Positions 22,766 to 32,996 are shown, numbered from the stretch's first letter. The stretch: 32,996 nucleotides of DNA from Methylocystaceae bacterium (GCA_003105285.1 PQAN01000146.1:1-32996); one strand, 5' to 3'. Numbers and translations are program-made. Notes: generated by a model from the letters alone, not told the origin.

Positions 22766-23521
22766 TCAGCAGGAGAACCATCGGGAGAGACGCGAGACCA
22801 CTCCGCTTATCGGTCCGATGCGCTCCTCCTCGAAGCAAATCGTTCTGGAAGGATCGCCGAGCGCCCTTTCCAAGTCCTTGTGGAAAAACCCGAGGCCTCT
22901 CGCTCCATAGGGAGTCGTGCTTTTCGAATAGAACGCCTCCGCAGACACCGCCAAGTCCTGAAACCCGAGGAAAGCAACCGCGAGCGTCCATGCGACGGAG
23001 ACCTCGAAAGGCGCCTTCTGGAGCAGTGAACTACAAATCTCCCGAAGATATTCGCGCGTCGTTTCGAATTCGATGGCGCCGGCGCTCGTAAGATAGGCGA
23101 CGGCCATCAGCGACTCGGTGCGGGCGCTCTCCGACGCCGAAGAGCTTTCGATTATTTTTTTCAGCAACGAGAAATTCCCATCATATGTCGAGACGAGTAT
23201 CCCTGTCAGCGTCTCGATCATACTGCTTCTGAGTATCTTCTCGGCCAACTCGCTGTCGAGGAGAAGTCGGCAAATCGCCTCGAACGCCCTGCTTTCTCTT
23301 TTTTCTCCAAAAAGATGGATGATGAAAAAAAGCGCTCTTTCCATTTCGGGGCTCGTCGCGCCGGAGTCGAGGTAGCGTTGCAGCAAGGTCACGAATTCTT
23401 GCGAAACGTCGCTCCACCGATCCAGCGCTTCATACATCGCCGCCTCGGGGAAAAGCTGCGTCTGCGCGCCCAGCTCCCTGATAATTTCCACGCAAAAGTC
23501 ATCTGTCGAAAGCTCGGACAT
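22766..23521 (-). CDS. DUF1186-like protein (no C-terminal SEC-C motif)
   Basis: ALFFIIHLFGEKRESRAF..CRLL, ETLTGILVSTYDG, IE...E.AR..L.AVAYL and a terminal LSRW resemble the family as I recall it. Visibly lower GC than its neighbours. Confidence 0.65.
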   Translation of the reverse strand: MSELSTDDFCVEIIRELGAQTQLFPEAAMYEALDRWSDVSQEFVTLLQRYLDSGATSPEMERALFFIIHLFGEKRESRAFEAICRLLLDSELAEKILRSSMIETLTGILVSTYDGNFSLLKKIIESSSASESARTESLMAVAYLTSAGAIEFETTREYLREICSSLLQKAPFEVSVAWTLAVAFLGFQDLAVSAEAFYSKSTTPYGARGLGFFHKDLERALGDPSRTICFEEERIGPISGVVSRLSRWFSC

Positions 23522-23827
23522 TCAAACTCTCCGCTCATTTTCTCTAGATAAAAAGTCGGACGCCATATCGTCGGTCTCGCGGCGACCGACATCGAGGCGG
23601 CTCATGTAGAAAAAAACAATCCGCGCTCTTCAGAGCGCCATGATGACAAATTATGAGACTGTAAAATCAATTATAGCCGAGCCTTCCCAAAAAGCGCAGC
23701 CGATTTATCTGAAACTCGGCGACAGCACAAAATATGTCCAGCGCGGGCGGCGGATGATTTGTTCGCTTCTCGAGACCGAAGCTTCAGGATCGCGGCGAGC
23801 GCGGGAATGACGAGCGCTTCCAACCGA

Positions 23828-24142
23828 TCATTTAGAGCCCGTTTCGCGCGTCGCTCTAGCGAGCAGCGCCGCGAGAATCGCCGCAAACTCCACCTCGAGC
23901 GAACCCGAGGCCGGCGGGCGGCCGGCGCGCGCGTACCAATAGCGCGCGTTGGAAAGATCGCCCTCCTTGCGATGCAGATAGGCATGGACCCACATGCCGT
24001 CCGCATCGTCGCGCGTATCGACGCATTTGTGCGCGAGACTCCAGTCGCCCTTGGCGTCACGCCAAAGGGCGACGAGTGGCGGCGCCAGATCGGGCGGCGT
24101 GGCGGCGGAGAGGGACGCGATGAATTCGGCGGGCGCCATCAT
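23828..24142 (-). CDS. Conserved hypothetical protein
   Basis: LWxxxKGDWxxAH...WVHAYLHRKEGDxxNAxYWYxRAGR is a widely conserved small-protein pattern. Confidence 0.85.
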   Translation of the reverse strand: MMAPAEFIASLSAATPPDLAPPLVALWRDAKGDWSLAHKCVDTRDDADGMWVHAYLHRKEGDLSNARYWYARAGRPPASGSLEVEFAAILAALLARATRETGSK

Positions 24143-24392
24143 CGAACAATAGCATGCCGATTCGAATCGCGCGCGGTTTCCTTCGGCGCCTCGCGCCGCC
24201 CGGCGGGATTGCCGAGTTCGCGACGCGAGCTATCTGTCGTCCGGCGGCCGGCGAAGCCGCATTGCGATAAGTTGTAAGGACAATTGTCGGAGAGAGGCGA
24301 TCCGAGTTTTCCAATTCGGCGTGAGAGATTGTCCTGCCTCACGCCGAAGCATGTGACGCGCAGCAGGACGGCATACGGAAGAGGAGAGTCGC

Positions 24393-24596
24393 ATGAGCCG
24401 GACCAAATTCTTGGGCCTTTTGATCGGGGCGTCGCTGCTTCTCGGCTTCGAGCCAGTCGCGGAAGCGACTCCGGCGGCCGCGCCGCCGAGCGCCGTCGGC
24501 TTTTCCAATTGGGACGGACAAGTCGTGCAGGCCGGCCACGCGCGCAGGGTCGCGCGCAGGACAACGCGCCGGGCCGTTCGTCGCCACGTCTATTGA
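24393..24596 (+). CDS. Small secreted protein with an Arg-rich C-terminus (67 aa)
   Basis: GAGGAG RBS, signal peptide ending AEA, and tail HARRVARRTTRRAVRRHVY. Confidence 0.75.
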   Translation: MSRTKFLGLLIGASLLLGFEPVAEATPAAAPPSAVGFSNWDGQVVQAGHARRVARRTTRRAVRRHVY

Positions 24597-24789
24597 ACAT
24601 CGCCGCAACGCGCCTCGCCGAGCGGCGAGGCGCGTTTTCTCGCGCGGGATTCGACCTTTCCCCGATCGTCCGGCGAGGCTCGCGCGGCCGTTGTGGGGGC
24701 CTCAGTCCTTTCGGCGAACTCTTAGTCTTTTCTTAACCCTACGACGGGCTGTTAAGCTTAACGCGTAGACTATTTCAAAAGCGTCGCTT

Positions 24790-26790
24790 ATGGTTTCCAG
24801 ACCTTCTTTTTTTGGGTGTTTCGAAGTGAACTCGGCTCATCGGCGCCTGGCCGCGATCGCGGTGGCGACACTCGTCGTCCAGGGCGTGACCTCCCGCGCA
24901 AGCGCGTTCGATTTGTTCGGGCTGTTCGGAGCCGCCGAGGAGTCTCCGCCGCCGAGCCTGCAAGCCGTGCCCTATGCGGTCGAATTCGTCGGCCTCGACG
25001 ACGAAGGCGATCTTGCGCGCAATCTCCAGGACGCCTCCGGCACATGGAGCCTTCGGCTGCAGGCGCCCGCTGCCGGCGCGGGGCTCGCGCGGCGAGTCGT
25101 CGCCGATTTTCCGCGTCTCACGGAAGCGCTCTGGGCGGGCGGCTATTACGACGCAGAGATACGCGCGTCTGTCGCGGGCGTCGCGATCCATCCCGATGGG
25201 CATGGCGCCGACGCGGCGGCGAACGCCGCCGAACGGCTTCGCAACCAGGCGCTCGTGCCGATCAGGTTCGAGATCGTTCCCGGCCCGCTCTTTCGTCTGC
25301 GCGATGTCGCCATTCATGACGCGCGCAACAAGGCGCCGATCGACAGAACGCTTTTTTCCAAGAAGACTTTCGAGCGCGAGGCGGACGAACCGGCCCGCGC
25401 CGCCGCCTTGCAAGCGCTGCAGGCCGAATGGATCGACCAGTTGCGCGCCAAGTCCTATCCGCTCGCGAAAGTCGTCGCGACGAAGCCGGTCATCCGGCAT
25501 AGCGAGAAGGTCGTGGACGTCACCGTGACGATCGATCCCGGTCCGCGCGCAGGGATCGGCGAGGTGAGCGTGAGCGGCTCGCCCGGCATAGACCCGAGCG
25601 TCATCCGCTCTTTCATCTACCTCGAGCAGGGCGAAGACTATAGCCCAAAGAAGCTCGCCGACACGCGCAAGTCGATCGCCCGCATCGAAGCCGTAGGATC
25701 GGCCAAGGTCGAGGATGGCGCTGCGCTCGACGGGAACGGCAATCTTCCTCTTCTCGTTCAAACGACCGAACGCAAGCGCCATGCGATCGGCGTCGACGCT
25801 TTCTTCTCCAATGTCGACGGACCGGGATTGCGCAGCTATTGGGTGGATCGCAATTTGTTCGGCGGAGCGGAACGTCTGCGCGTCGATCTGGAGGGCGGCC
25901 TCGCTCCCTTCGGCAGTTCCGCCACCTTCCACGGTTTTTCGTCCATCAAGACGAGCGACCTCATCGGACGGGCCAAAGCCAGCTTCATCAAGCCGGCGCT
26001 ATGGGGCTCGCGCGACGATCTTCTTCTCGACGCAGGCGTCGTGCGGGAGAAGACGGACTATTACTGGGCCTATTACGGAAATATTTCCGGCGCGATCCGT
26101 CATCGCTTCAGCGATTCCGCCTCGGTGCAAGCGGGCCTCGAATTCGAGCGCGGGCATACATACGACGTGTTCGGGCCGCATGATTATTCGCTGTTCGGTT
26201 TCCCGCTCGCGGCGAATTACGACGGAACCGACAATCCGCTCGCGCCGACCTCCGGCATACGCGCCGTCGCCAATGTCACGCCCTATGTCAAGACGTTTCG
26301 CGACAGCGTCGGAATGATCCAGTCCAAAGCTCAGGTGTCCGGCTATCACGCGCTCGACGAGGACGCCTGGTATATTCTCGCCGGCCGCGTCGCCGCGGGC
26401 TCGATCGTCGGCGCCGGCATCGAAGAGATTCCGGCGAGCCATCGCTTTTTTGCGGGCGGCGGCGGATCCGTTCGCGGCTATCGCTACCGTTCGCTCAGCC
26501 CCGACGGAGGCTTCGGCTTCCCGATCGGCGGGCGCAGCCTGCTCGAGGCCTCGGTCGAAGCGCGCGTGAAGGTGACGCAGAACATCGGCATCGTGCCCTT
26601 CTACGACACCGGCGCGGCCTTCGCCTCTTCCTTCCCGGACTTCCATACGTCGATCCGCTCGTCCGTCGGGCTCGGCCTTCGCTACTATACGGGCATCGGC
26701 CCGATTCGGCTGGACGTGGCGACGCCGCTCGGGCGCCGGCCCGGAGAGAGCAAATTCGCGGTCTTCATAGGCGTCGGAGAATCCTTTTAA
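24790..26790 (+). CDS. tamA: Translocation and assembly module TamA (Omp85 family)
   Basis: Signal peptide, POTRA-like repeats (GYY, IDPGP), RNLFGGAE, RFFAGGGGSVRGY, GLGLRYYTGIGPIRLDVA, terminal F. The start may be GTG 24826. Confidence 0.93.
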   Translation: MVSRPSFFGCFEVNSAHRRLAAIAVATLVVQGVTSRASAFDLFGLFGAAEESPPPSLQAVPYAVEFVGLDDEGDLARNLQDASGTWSLRLQAPAAGAGLARRVVADFPRLTEALWAGGYYDAEIRASVAGVAIHPDGHGADAAANAAERLRNQALVPIRFEIVPGPLFRLRDVAIHDARNKAPIDRTLFSKKTFEREADEPARAAALQALQAEWIDQLRAKSYPLAKVVATKPVIRHSEKVVDVTVTIDPGPRAGIGEVSVSGSPGIDPSVIRSFIYLEQGEDYSPKKLADTRKSIARIEAVGSAKVEDGAALDGNGNLPLLVQTTERKRHAIGVDAFFSNVDGPGLRSYWVDRNLFGGAERLRVDLEGGLAPFGSSATFHGFSSIKTSDLIGRAKASFIKPALWGSRDDLLLDAGVVREKTDYYWAYYGNISGAIRHRFSDSASVQAGLEFERGHTYDVFGPHDYSLFGFPLAANYDGTDNPLAPTSGIRAVANVTPYVKTFRDSVGMIQSKAQVSGYHALDEDAWYILAGRVAAGSIVGAGIEEIPASHRFFAGGGGSVRGYRYRSLSPDGGFGFPIGGRSLLEASVEARVKVTQNIGIVPFYDTGAAFASSFPDFHTSIRSSVGLGLRYYTGIGPIRLDVATPLGRRPGESKFAVFIGVGESF

Positions 26791-26791
26791 A

Positions 26792-29700
26792 ATGCGCTCT
26801 CGCCATCGCCGCCGCATTCACATCGCCGTCAGCGCCTTTATCCTCCTCGCCTTCGCCGCCGTCGTCGGCGCTCGATGGCAATTGCGCGAGGGGAAGAGCT
26901 TGCTGGCGGAGCTCTTGTCTCGCGCGGCCTCGTCGCCGGGCGCGCAAGTCGAAATCGGAGCCTTCGAAGAGCCGCTGTCGTCGCGGCCGACGCTGCGCGA
27001 CATCTCCGTCGCCGACAGGAACGGGGTATGGCTGAAAATCGATCATGTCGCCATAGACTGGTCGCGCCTCGCTCTTCTCTCCCTGCGCGTCGACGTCGAC
27101 CGCGTCGACATCGGCCGCGTCGACGTCGCGCGCCGACCGTCGCCCGGTCCGGCCGCGTCCACAACGGAAACGAAGAGCACGGGCTTTTCCCTCCCCGACC
27201 TTCCCGTGCGCGTCCGTCTCGGCCGGCTCACGCTCGGCGAAGTCTCGCTCGCCGAACCCGTTCTCGGCGCGCCGGCGAAACTCTCCGTGGCGGGCGCCGC
27301 CGCTCTCGGCGGCCGCAGCGACGACGCACGGCTGGAGGTCTTGGTTCAGCGGCTCGATGCGCCCGGCGTCATCTCGGCGAAGGGCGAAATTTCGCCAGGC
27401 GCGAACAAGCTTCTCTTGTCCTTGAACGCGCGCGAGCCCGCCGGCGGAATGATCGCGCGCTTCGCCGCGCTTCCAGACCTGCCGGCGGTCGATGTGGATT
27501 TGGCGGGCGACGGCGCATTGGACGATTTCACCGCTCGCCTGACCGCGACGGCGGGCGGGAGCGTCAGCGCGGCCGGGCGCGTCCATCTGACGGTTCGAGA
27601 TGCGGCGCGACGCTTCGATTTCGATCTCGAAGGCGGCATCGAACCGCTGCTGCCCAAGGCGGCCGCGGCGCTGTTCGCGGGAGCCACGCGGATCGAGGGC
27701 GTCGCGACGCTCCATGAGGACGGCGCGACGGCCGTCGATCGCCTGGCTATCGCGACCTCGGCGCTGCGCCTCGACGCCTCGGGCCGCATCGGCAAGGATG
27801 GCGACATGGCGGCGACCCTCGCCGTTCACGGCGTCCCACCGTCCGAACAAGCGAAGTTTCGCGCAAAAACGCTCGACGCGTCGGCTCAGGTCGCCGGAAG
27901 CTTCGCGCAGCCGAAGATCGACATTCGACTCCTGGTCGACGACGCCACGTCTCCCGCCGGCCATTTCGGTCACATCGACGCCGATATGAGCGTATCCGCC
28001 AATGGCGCGCTGGACAATCCCGAGACGCGCATCGACATTTCCGGCGCGGCCCATGGTTCCGGCCTCGCTTTCTCCGATCGCGCGCTGGCCGAGGCCATCG
28101 GCGAGACTGTCGCTTTCACATTGCGCGGCCGGGCGACCGGAGACGGCGAGGCGGACATCGGCCTCGCGAAAATCGAGACCGGCGCCGGAGAAGCCGCCTT
28201 CGCCGGGCGCGCCGGCCCCCGCCTGCTGGACGGCAAGGCGACGGTCTCCGCGCCGAGCCTCGCGCGTTTCGCACGGCTCGCCGGCCGCGACCTGCGCGGC
28301 GCGTTGGAGCTCTCCGTCCGTCTCGCGGGCGCTCCGAAAGAAGATCGAATCGCGGCGACGCTCGACGGAGCGATCACCGCCCCGGCGATCGGAACGGCTG
28401 CGATCGATGGCCTGCTGGGACGCCGTCTCGTTCTCACGGGCGAAGTCGGAGCGCTGGCCGACGGCGGCGTTCGTTTCGACGGGCTGTCGCTGCGCGGCGA
28501 TCATGTCCGCGTGAGCGTCGATGGCGCGGCGACGAAGGACGCCGCCGACATCTCCGCCAAAGTCGAAATTCCGGAGTTGCATCCAGCCGACCCGCGGCTG
28601 ACCGGCCGCGCCGACATCGGAGTGAAGGTGACGGGGTCGCTGAGCAAGCCCGACGCGGTCTTCGACGCCGCATTGACCAACGCCCGCGCCGAGGGTCGCG
28701 CGATCCCCAAGCTCGCCCTGCATGGCGCCGCGCGCGATCTCACCGGCGCCCTCGTCGCGGTCGCCTCGCTCGACGGAACGATCGACGGCAATATTGCGCG
28801 CGGAACGTTGAACGCCGCCAAGACCGGCGCCGGTTGGACTCTCGACGGCGTGGATATCGCCATCGGCCGCGCGGCGCTGAAGGGCGCCGTCGCGCTCGAC
28901 GCGGCCGGGCTCGCGAACGGCCGTCTCTCGTTGACCGCGCCCGATCTCGACGATTTTTCCGCCCTCGCGCTGCAAAAGCTCGGCGGCCGTCTCGACGCGG
29001 ACGTAACGCTCGACGGCGCGGCCGGCGCTCAGAATATCGTCATCGACGCGAAGGCCGATCGCATCCGCGCGACGGACGCCTCGATCGATCGGCTGAGCGC
29101 AAGGATATCCGGTCATGATCTCTACCGCCGTCCGGCGCTCGACGGCGTGGTGGCGATCGACAATGCGCGCGTCGGCGCGCAGACCATCCCGAAAGCCCGC
29201 CTCATCGCCAAGCCCGCCGGAGCGGGCACGTCTCTCGATCTCGCCGTCGAAGCGCATGGCTTCGCCATCGCCAGCCGCTCGGTCCTGACGCCGGGCGAGC
29301 GAATGCGGCTCGAACTCCAGTCATTGTCGGCATTGCGCGCCGGGAAACGCATCGCACTGGCAAGCCCCGCGACCGTCCTGCTCGGCGATGGCGCGGTCGA
29401 ACTGAAAGGGATTGCGCTCGCTGCCGGCTCCGGCCGCCTCGACCTCGACGGGACCATCGGCGATCGCCTCGATCTCGTCGCCAAGGCGCGCGCTCTGCCC
29501 TTGTCGATGGCCTCGATCGCCGATGCGGGCCTCGCTCTCGACGGCGTGCTGGACGCAGAGGCGCATATTTCCGGCGCCAAGAACGCGCCGGGCGGCGATT
29601 GGAAAATCAAACTCGCGAAACTCTCGGCGCCGCAGTCGCGCGCCAATGGACTGCCGCCGCTCGACATCGCCGCCAAGGGCGCCATCGCGGGCAAGCGTAC

Positions 29701-31090
29701 GACGCTCGCCGCCGACATAACGGCCGGGACGGCGAGTCGCCTGGAGATTTCGGGGTCGGCGCCCATCGATGCGGCCGGAGGCCTCGATCTCGGCGTCAAG
29801 GGCTTCCTGGACGCCAGGCTGCTCGACACCGCGCTCGCGGCGAACGGTCAGACGCTGCGTGGCAAGGCGACTGTCGATCTACGCATTTCGGGCCCCGCCT
29901 CGGCGCCTGTCCTCGCAGGCGGCGTCACGTTGAACGAGGGAAGCTTCGCCGATCCGCTGAACGGCGTGAACTTCGACCACATCAACGCCCGGCTCGAGGG
30001 ACGCGGCCGCGAACTGACCATCGCGCAGTTGACCGCGCTCACGAAGAACGGCGGCCAGATCGCCGCGACGGGCCATGTCTCCGTCATGCCCGAAGCCGGA
30101 CTGCCGGGCGCCATTCGCATCGTCGCGAAAAACGCGCAGCTCGCCAGCAGCGATCTCGTCTCGGCGACCGCCGATCTCGATCTCTCGATCGGCGGGCCGC
30201 TCGCCCGTTCGCCGAAAGTCTCCGGCCGCGTCACGCTGGCGACGATGGAGGTGAGCGTTCCCGACCGCCTGCCGGCTTCGCTGAAGCCGCCGGCGGGCGC
30301 GACGCATATTTCTCCGCGCGACTTCGCAAAGCAAATGCTCGCGCTCGAACGACAAGACAAAGCGAAAGCCGAGCGACATTCCAGCTTCGACGCGGCCATC
30401 GATCTCGCGATCGCCGCGCCCAATCGCATTTTCGTGCGCGGCCGTGGCATCGACGCCGAATTCGGCGGCGATCTGCGATTGAGCGGAACGATCCAAAAAC
30501 CCGTCGCGAACGGCGCCTTCGATTTGCGGCGCGGACGATTGCAGCTATTGACCCAGCGCATCGACATCACGCGCGGCAAGTTGACCTTCGCCGGCGGCTT
30601 GACGCCGCAACTGGATTTTTCGGCCGAGGCCGCCGCCGGCGACGTCACTGCGCGCATCGGCGTCGCGGGTCCGGCGTCGCTGCCGACCTTCACCTTCGGC
30701 TCGACGCCCGAACTGCCGCAGGACGAAGTCCTGTCGCGGCTGCTGTTCGCCAAGGCGTCCGGCTCGCTCTCGGCATGGCAGGCGGTGCAGCTCGCCACCG
30801 CCCTCGCGCAATTCTCCGGCGCCGGAACGGGCGTGGACGCATTCGAAAAAATGCGGAAGGCGCTCGGCGTCGACTCCCTCGATCTCGACGCCGGCGGCGG
30901 CGCCGGCCCGACGGTCGGCGCGTCGCGCTACATTTCCGACAATATCAGCGTCGGCGTACGCGCGGGGACCAAGCCGGATCAGGCCGCGGTCAGCGTCGGC
31001 GTCGACGTGACCAAGAATGTCCGCATGAAGGGCGAAACCCGCGTCGACGGCAAGACTTCGGTCGGCGTCGGCGTCGAATGGGAGTATTGA
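26792..31090 (+). CDS. tamB: Translocation and assembly module TamB (C-terminal DUF490)
   Basis: N-terminal anchor, long Gly/Ala-rich beta-taco repeats, C-terminal PNRIFVRGRGIDAE..., PELPQDEVLSRLLF and GVEWEY. Starts 1 nt after tamA. Confidence 0.93.
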   Translation: MRSRHRRRIHIAVSAFILLAFAAVVGARWQLREGKSLLAELLSRAASSPGAQVEIGAFEEPLSSRPTLRDISVADRNGVWLKIDHVAIDWSRLALLSLRVDVDRVDIGRVDVARRPSPGPAASTTETKSTGFSLPDLPVRVRLGRLTLGEVSLAEPVLGAPAKLSVAGAAALGGRSDDARLEVLVQRLDAPGVISAKGEISPGANKLLLSLNAREPAGGMIARFAALPDLPAVDVDLAGDGALDDFTARLTATAGGSVSAAGRVHLTVRDAARRFDFDLEGGIEPLLPKAAAALFAGATRIEGVATLHEDGATAVDRLAIATSALRLDASGRIGKDGDMAATLAVHGVPPSEQAKFRAKTLDASAQVAGSFAQPKIDIRLLVDDATSPAGHFGHIDADMSVSANGALDNPETRIDISGAAHGSGLAFSDRALAEAIGETVAFTLRGRATGDGEADIGLAKIETGAGEAAFAGRAGPRLLDGKATVSAPSLARFARLAGRDLRGALELSVRLAGAPKEDRIAATLDGAITAPAIGTAAIDGLLGRRLVLTGEVGALADGGVRFDGLSLRGDHVRVSVDGAATKDAADISAKVEIPELHPADPRLTGRADIGVKVTGSLSKPDAVFDAALTNARAEGRAIPKLALHGAARDLTGALVAVASLDGTIDGNIARGTLNAAKTGAGWTLDGVDIAIGRAALKGAVALDAAGLANGRLSLTAPDLDDFSALALQKLGGRLDADVTLDGAAGAQNIVIDAKADRIRATDASIDRLSARISGHDLYRRPALDGVVAIDNARVGAQTIPKARLIAKPAGAGTSLDLAVEAHGFAIASRSVLTPGERMRLELQSLSALRAGKRIALASPATVLLGDGAVELKGIALAAGSGRLDLDGTIGDRLDLVAKARALPLSMASIADAGLALDGVLDAEAHISGAKNAPGGDWKIKLAKLSAPQSRANGLPPLDIAAKGAIAGKRTTLAADITAGTASRLEISGSAPIDAAGGLDLGVKGFLDARLLDTALAANGQTLRGKATVDLRISGPASAPVLAGGVTLNEGSFADPLNGVNFDHINARLEGRGRELTIAQLTALTKNGGQIAATGHVSVMPEAGLPGAIRIVAKNAQLASSDLVSATADLDLSIGGPLARSPKVSGRVTLATMEVSVPDRLPASLKPPAGATHISPRDFAKQMLALERQDKAKAERHSSFDAAIDLAIAAPNRIFVRGRGIDAEFGGDLRLSGTIQKPVANGAFDLRRGRLQLLTQRIDITRGKLTFAGGLTPQLDFSAEAAAGDVTARIGVAGPASLPTFTFGSTPELPQDEVLSRLLFAKASGSLSAWQAVQLATALAQFSGAGTGVDAFEKMRKALGVDSLDLDAGGGAGPTVGASRYISDNISVGVRAGTKPDQAAVSVGVDVTKNVRMKGETRVDGKTSVGVGVEWEY

Positions 31091-31175
31091 CCGTAACGCC
31101 CGCAGGCGCCTCGCGTGCATCGCCCGCTCAAACCCCCTATAATCGCCTCCTCCCCCAATCGTCTCGGAGCGGCCC

Positions 31176-32144
31176 ATGGGCGGGCGGATCGAGGACAGCC
31201 ATACGGACCGCGTGCGCTCGGTCGTCGACGACGAGGTCGCGCCGGCGAAATCGGCGATCGCCGCCTCCTGGCGGCGGTGCGTGACGCTCTATGGGCTCGA
31301 CCCCGATCAGAGACGCCCGCCGGAGATTCTGACCGAAACTCAATTGCACGAGGCGCGCCAGGAGATCGAACCGCTGGTCCGCATGGCGCACGCGTCGCTC
31401 GATCGGCTGTTCGCGGCGGTCGCCGATCTCGGCTGCTGCGTGCTGCTGACCAATAAGGACGGCGTGCCCGTCGAACAAAGGGGGACGTCCGCCGAGGAGA
31501 CCATATTCCGGAATTGGGGCCTGCGGCTCGGCGCGGTCTGGAGCGAAGCGCGCGAGGGCACGAACGGCATCGGCACCTGTCTCGCCGAAGGGCGCGCGCT
31601 GACGATCCATCGCGACCAGCATTTTCATACGCGAAACACGGGTCTCAGCTGCACGGTCGCGCCCATCTACGATCACGAGGGCCGGCTGGCCGCCGCTCTC
31701 GACGTCTCCGGCTGCCGCGAGTCCCTCACGGAAGGGCTGATCGGGCTCGTGGCCGTCGCCGTCACCGACGCCGCACGGGCGATCGAAGCGCTGAATTTTC
31801 GTCAATTCTTTTCGGACGCCCGGATCCTCCTGTCGCCGGACGCCGAGCGGAACTCGGCCGCGCTGCTCGCCGTGGATCGCCATGATCTCGTCATCGGCGC
31901 GACGCGCTCGGCGCGGCTGGCGCTCGGCATTTGCGACGCGCGCATCGCCGCGCAACTGCCGGCCTCCGACCTCCTCGCCGACGCGGGCGCCGAGGCGGAG
32001 CTGATCGAAGCCGAGCGCGGCGCGATCCGACGGGCGCTCGCCCGCGCCAATGGCAATGTATCGGCCGCCGCGCGGCTGCTCGGCGTCAGCCGCGCGACCC
32101 TGCACCGCAAGCTCAACCGGCTGGCGCTCTCGCAGACGCATTGA
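31176..32144 (+). CDS. GAF-domain + Fis-type HTH transcriptional regulator (AcoR-like N-terminus, no AAA+ domain)
   Basis: SWRRC...[19 protein letters not shown]....LSC...PI; C-terminal [21 protein letters not shown]. No Walker A or GAFTGA motif. Confidence 0.9.
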   Translation: MGGRIEDSHTDRVRSVVDDEVAPAKSAIAASWRRCVTLYGLDPDQRRPPEILTETQLHEARQEIEPLVRMAHASLDRLFAAVADLGCCVLLTNKDGVPVEQRGTSAEETIFRNWGLRLGAVWSEAREGTNGIGTCLAEGRALTIHRDQHFHTRNTGLSCTVAPIYDHEGRLAAALDVSGCRESLTEGLIGLVAVAVTDAARAIEALNFRQFFSDARILLSPDAERNSAALLAVDRHDLVIGATRSARLALGICDARIAAQLPASDLLADAGAEAELIEAERGAIRRALARANGNVSAAARLLGVSRATLHRKLNRLALSQTH

Positions 32145-32154
32145 CGCGCCGCTC

Positions 32155-32174
32155 CTGTCGCAAATTTGCGACAG
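32155..32174. promoter_or_regulatory. Perfect 20-bp palindrome, probable operator for the aldehyde dehydrogenase gene
   Basis: CTGTCGCAAATTTGCGACAG, 110 nt upstream of the ATG at 32285. The TGT...ACA ends are typical of Fis-HTH regulator sites. Confidence 0.7.
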
Positions 32175-32284
32175 CTTTCGGCCGCGTCTCCTTCCCCCCT
32201 CTGGCGAAGCCGCGCGCAAGGGCAGAGATTCCATCGGCAACGAGGCCCACAAGGGCGCGTGACGAGAAGCCGGAGGAAGCCGCC

Positions 32285-32996
32285 ATGACGAGACCCGAAT
32301 TCATTCGATCGAGCACGCCGAAATTCAAACCGCGTTACGACAATTACATCGGCGGCCAATGGGTCACGCCGGCGGGCGGGCGCTATTTCCAGAACCTTTC
32401 GCCCGTCAATGGGCAGACGCTGTGCGAAGTCCCGCGCTCGGACGCGGCGGACGTCGAGAAAGCGCTCGACGCCGCTCACGCCGCGAAAGTCGCCTGGGGC
32501 AGGACGAGCATCACCGACCGCGCGCGCATTCTCAACGCCGTCGCCGACCGCATGGAGCAGCAGTTCGCGACGCTCGCCGAGGCCGAGAGCTGGGACAACG
32601 GCAAGCCGATCCGCGAGACGACGGCCGCCGACGTGCCTCTGGCGGTCGATCATTTCCGCTATTTCGCCGCCGCCATCCGTGGGCAGGAGGGCGGGATATC
32701 GGAGATCGACCACGACACCGTCGCCTATCATTTCCACGAGCCGCTCGGCGTCGTCGGCCAGATCATCCCCTGGAACTTCCCGCTGCTGATGGCCGCGTGG
32801 AAGCTCGCGCCGGCGCTCGCCGCCGGCAACTGCGTCGTCATCAAGCCGGCCGAGCAGACGCCGCTGTCGATCCTCGTCTGGGCGGAGCTCGTCGCCGATC
32901 TGCTGCCGCCGGGCGTGCTCAACATCGTCAACGGCTTCGGCCTCGAGGCCGGCAAGCCGCTCGCCTCGAACACGCGCATCGCCAAGATCGCCTTCA
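32285..32996 (+). CDS. NAD(P)-dependent aldehyde dehydrogenase (AldB/ExaC/AcoD type); truncated by the window end
   Basis: Hand translation: MTRPEF...[10 protein letters not shown]...[24 protein letters not shown]...[49 protein letters not shown] present. Confidence 0.95.
   Translation, partial: MTRPEFIRSSTPKFKPRYDNYIGGQWVTPAGGRYFQNLSPVNGQTLCEVPRSDAADVEKALDAAHAAKVAWGRTSITDRARILNAVADRMEQQFATLAEAESWDNGKPIRETTAADVPLAVDHFRYFAAAIRGQEGGISEIDHDTVAYHFHEPLGVVGQIIPWNFPLLMAAWKLAPALAAGNCVVIKPAEQTPLSILVWAELVADLLPPGVLNIVNGFGLEAGKPLASNTRIAKIAF

Noticed and set aside
23785-23815. GCGGGAATGAC fragment resembling a REP end
   Set aside because: No matching opposite arm was found, and the fragment is too short to support a call.
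24725-24765. CtrA box upstream of tamA (several TTAA motifs)
   Set aside because: The spacing does not fit TTAA-N7-TTAA.
24790-31090. TamAB as part of the PKS export system
   Set aside because: It is a widespread core module, separated from the cluster by about 2 kb and by oppositely oriented genes.

Overview
High-GC window from an alphaproteobacterium of the Hyphomicrobiales/Rhizobiales type, inferred from the palindromic repeats, the leuA leader and the gene content. A Methylocystis-like organism is plausible but cannot be proven from this window. The left flank holds core genes on the minus strand: a truncated sulfhydrogenase-beta/AsrA-like Fe-S subunit, acnA between two REP-like palindromes, and leuA with an unannotated Leu4 leader peptide. 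The right flank holds a DUF1186 protein, two small proteins, tamA-tamB, a GAF+Fis-HTH regulator and a truncated aldehyde dehydrogenase. Between them, bounded by AT-rich spacers, lies a ~16 kb co-directional biosynthetic cluster (6767-22744). It encodes a DUF2147 secreted protein, a single-module fully reducing type I PKS (KS-AT-DH-ER-KR-ACP, no TE), a YvaD/DUF5360-like membrane protein, a PLP alpha-oxoamine synthase, a SAM methyltransferase, an SMR transporter, an acyltransferase-3, a DevC/DevA/DevB-like ABC exporter and a TolC-like lipoprotein. The best hypothesis, which is inference, is an uncharacterised pathway that makes and exports a polyketide-amino-acid hybrid (sphingoid- or aminoketone-like) lipid that is methylated and acylated. 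All family calls come from motif recognition by eye; no searches were run.
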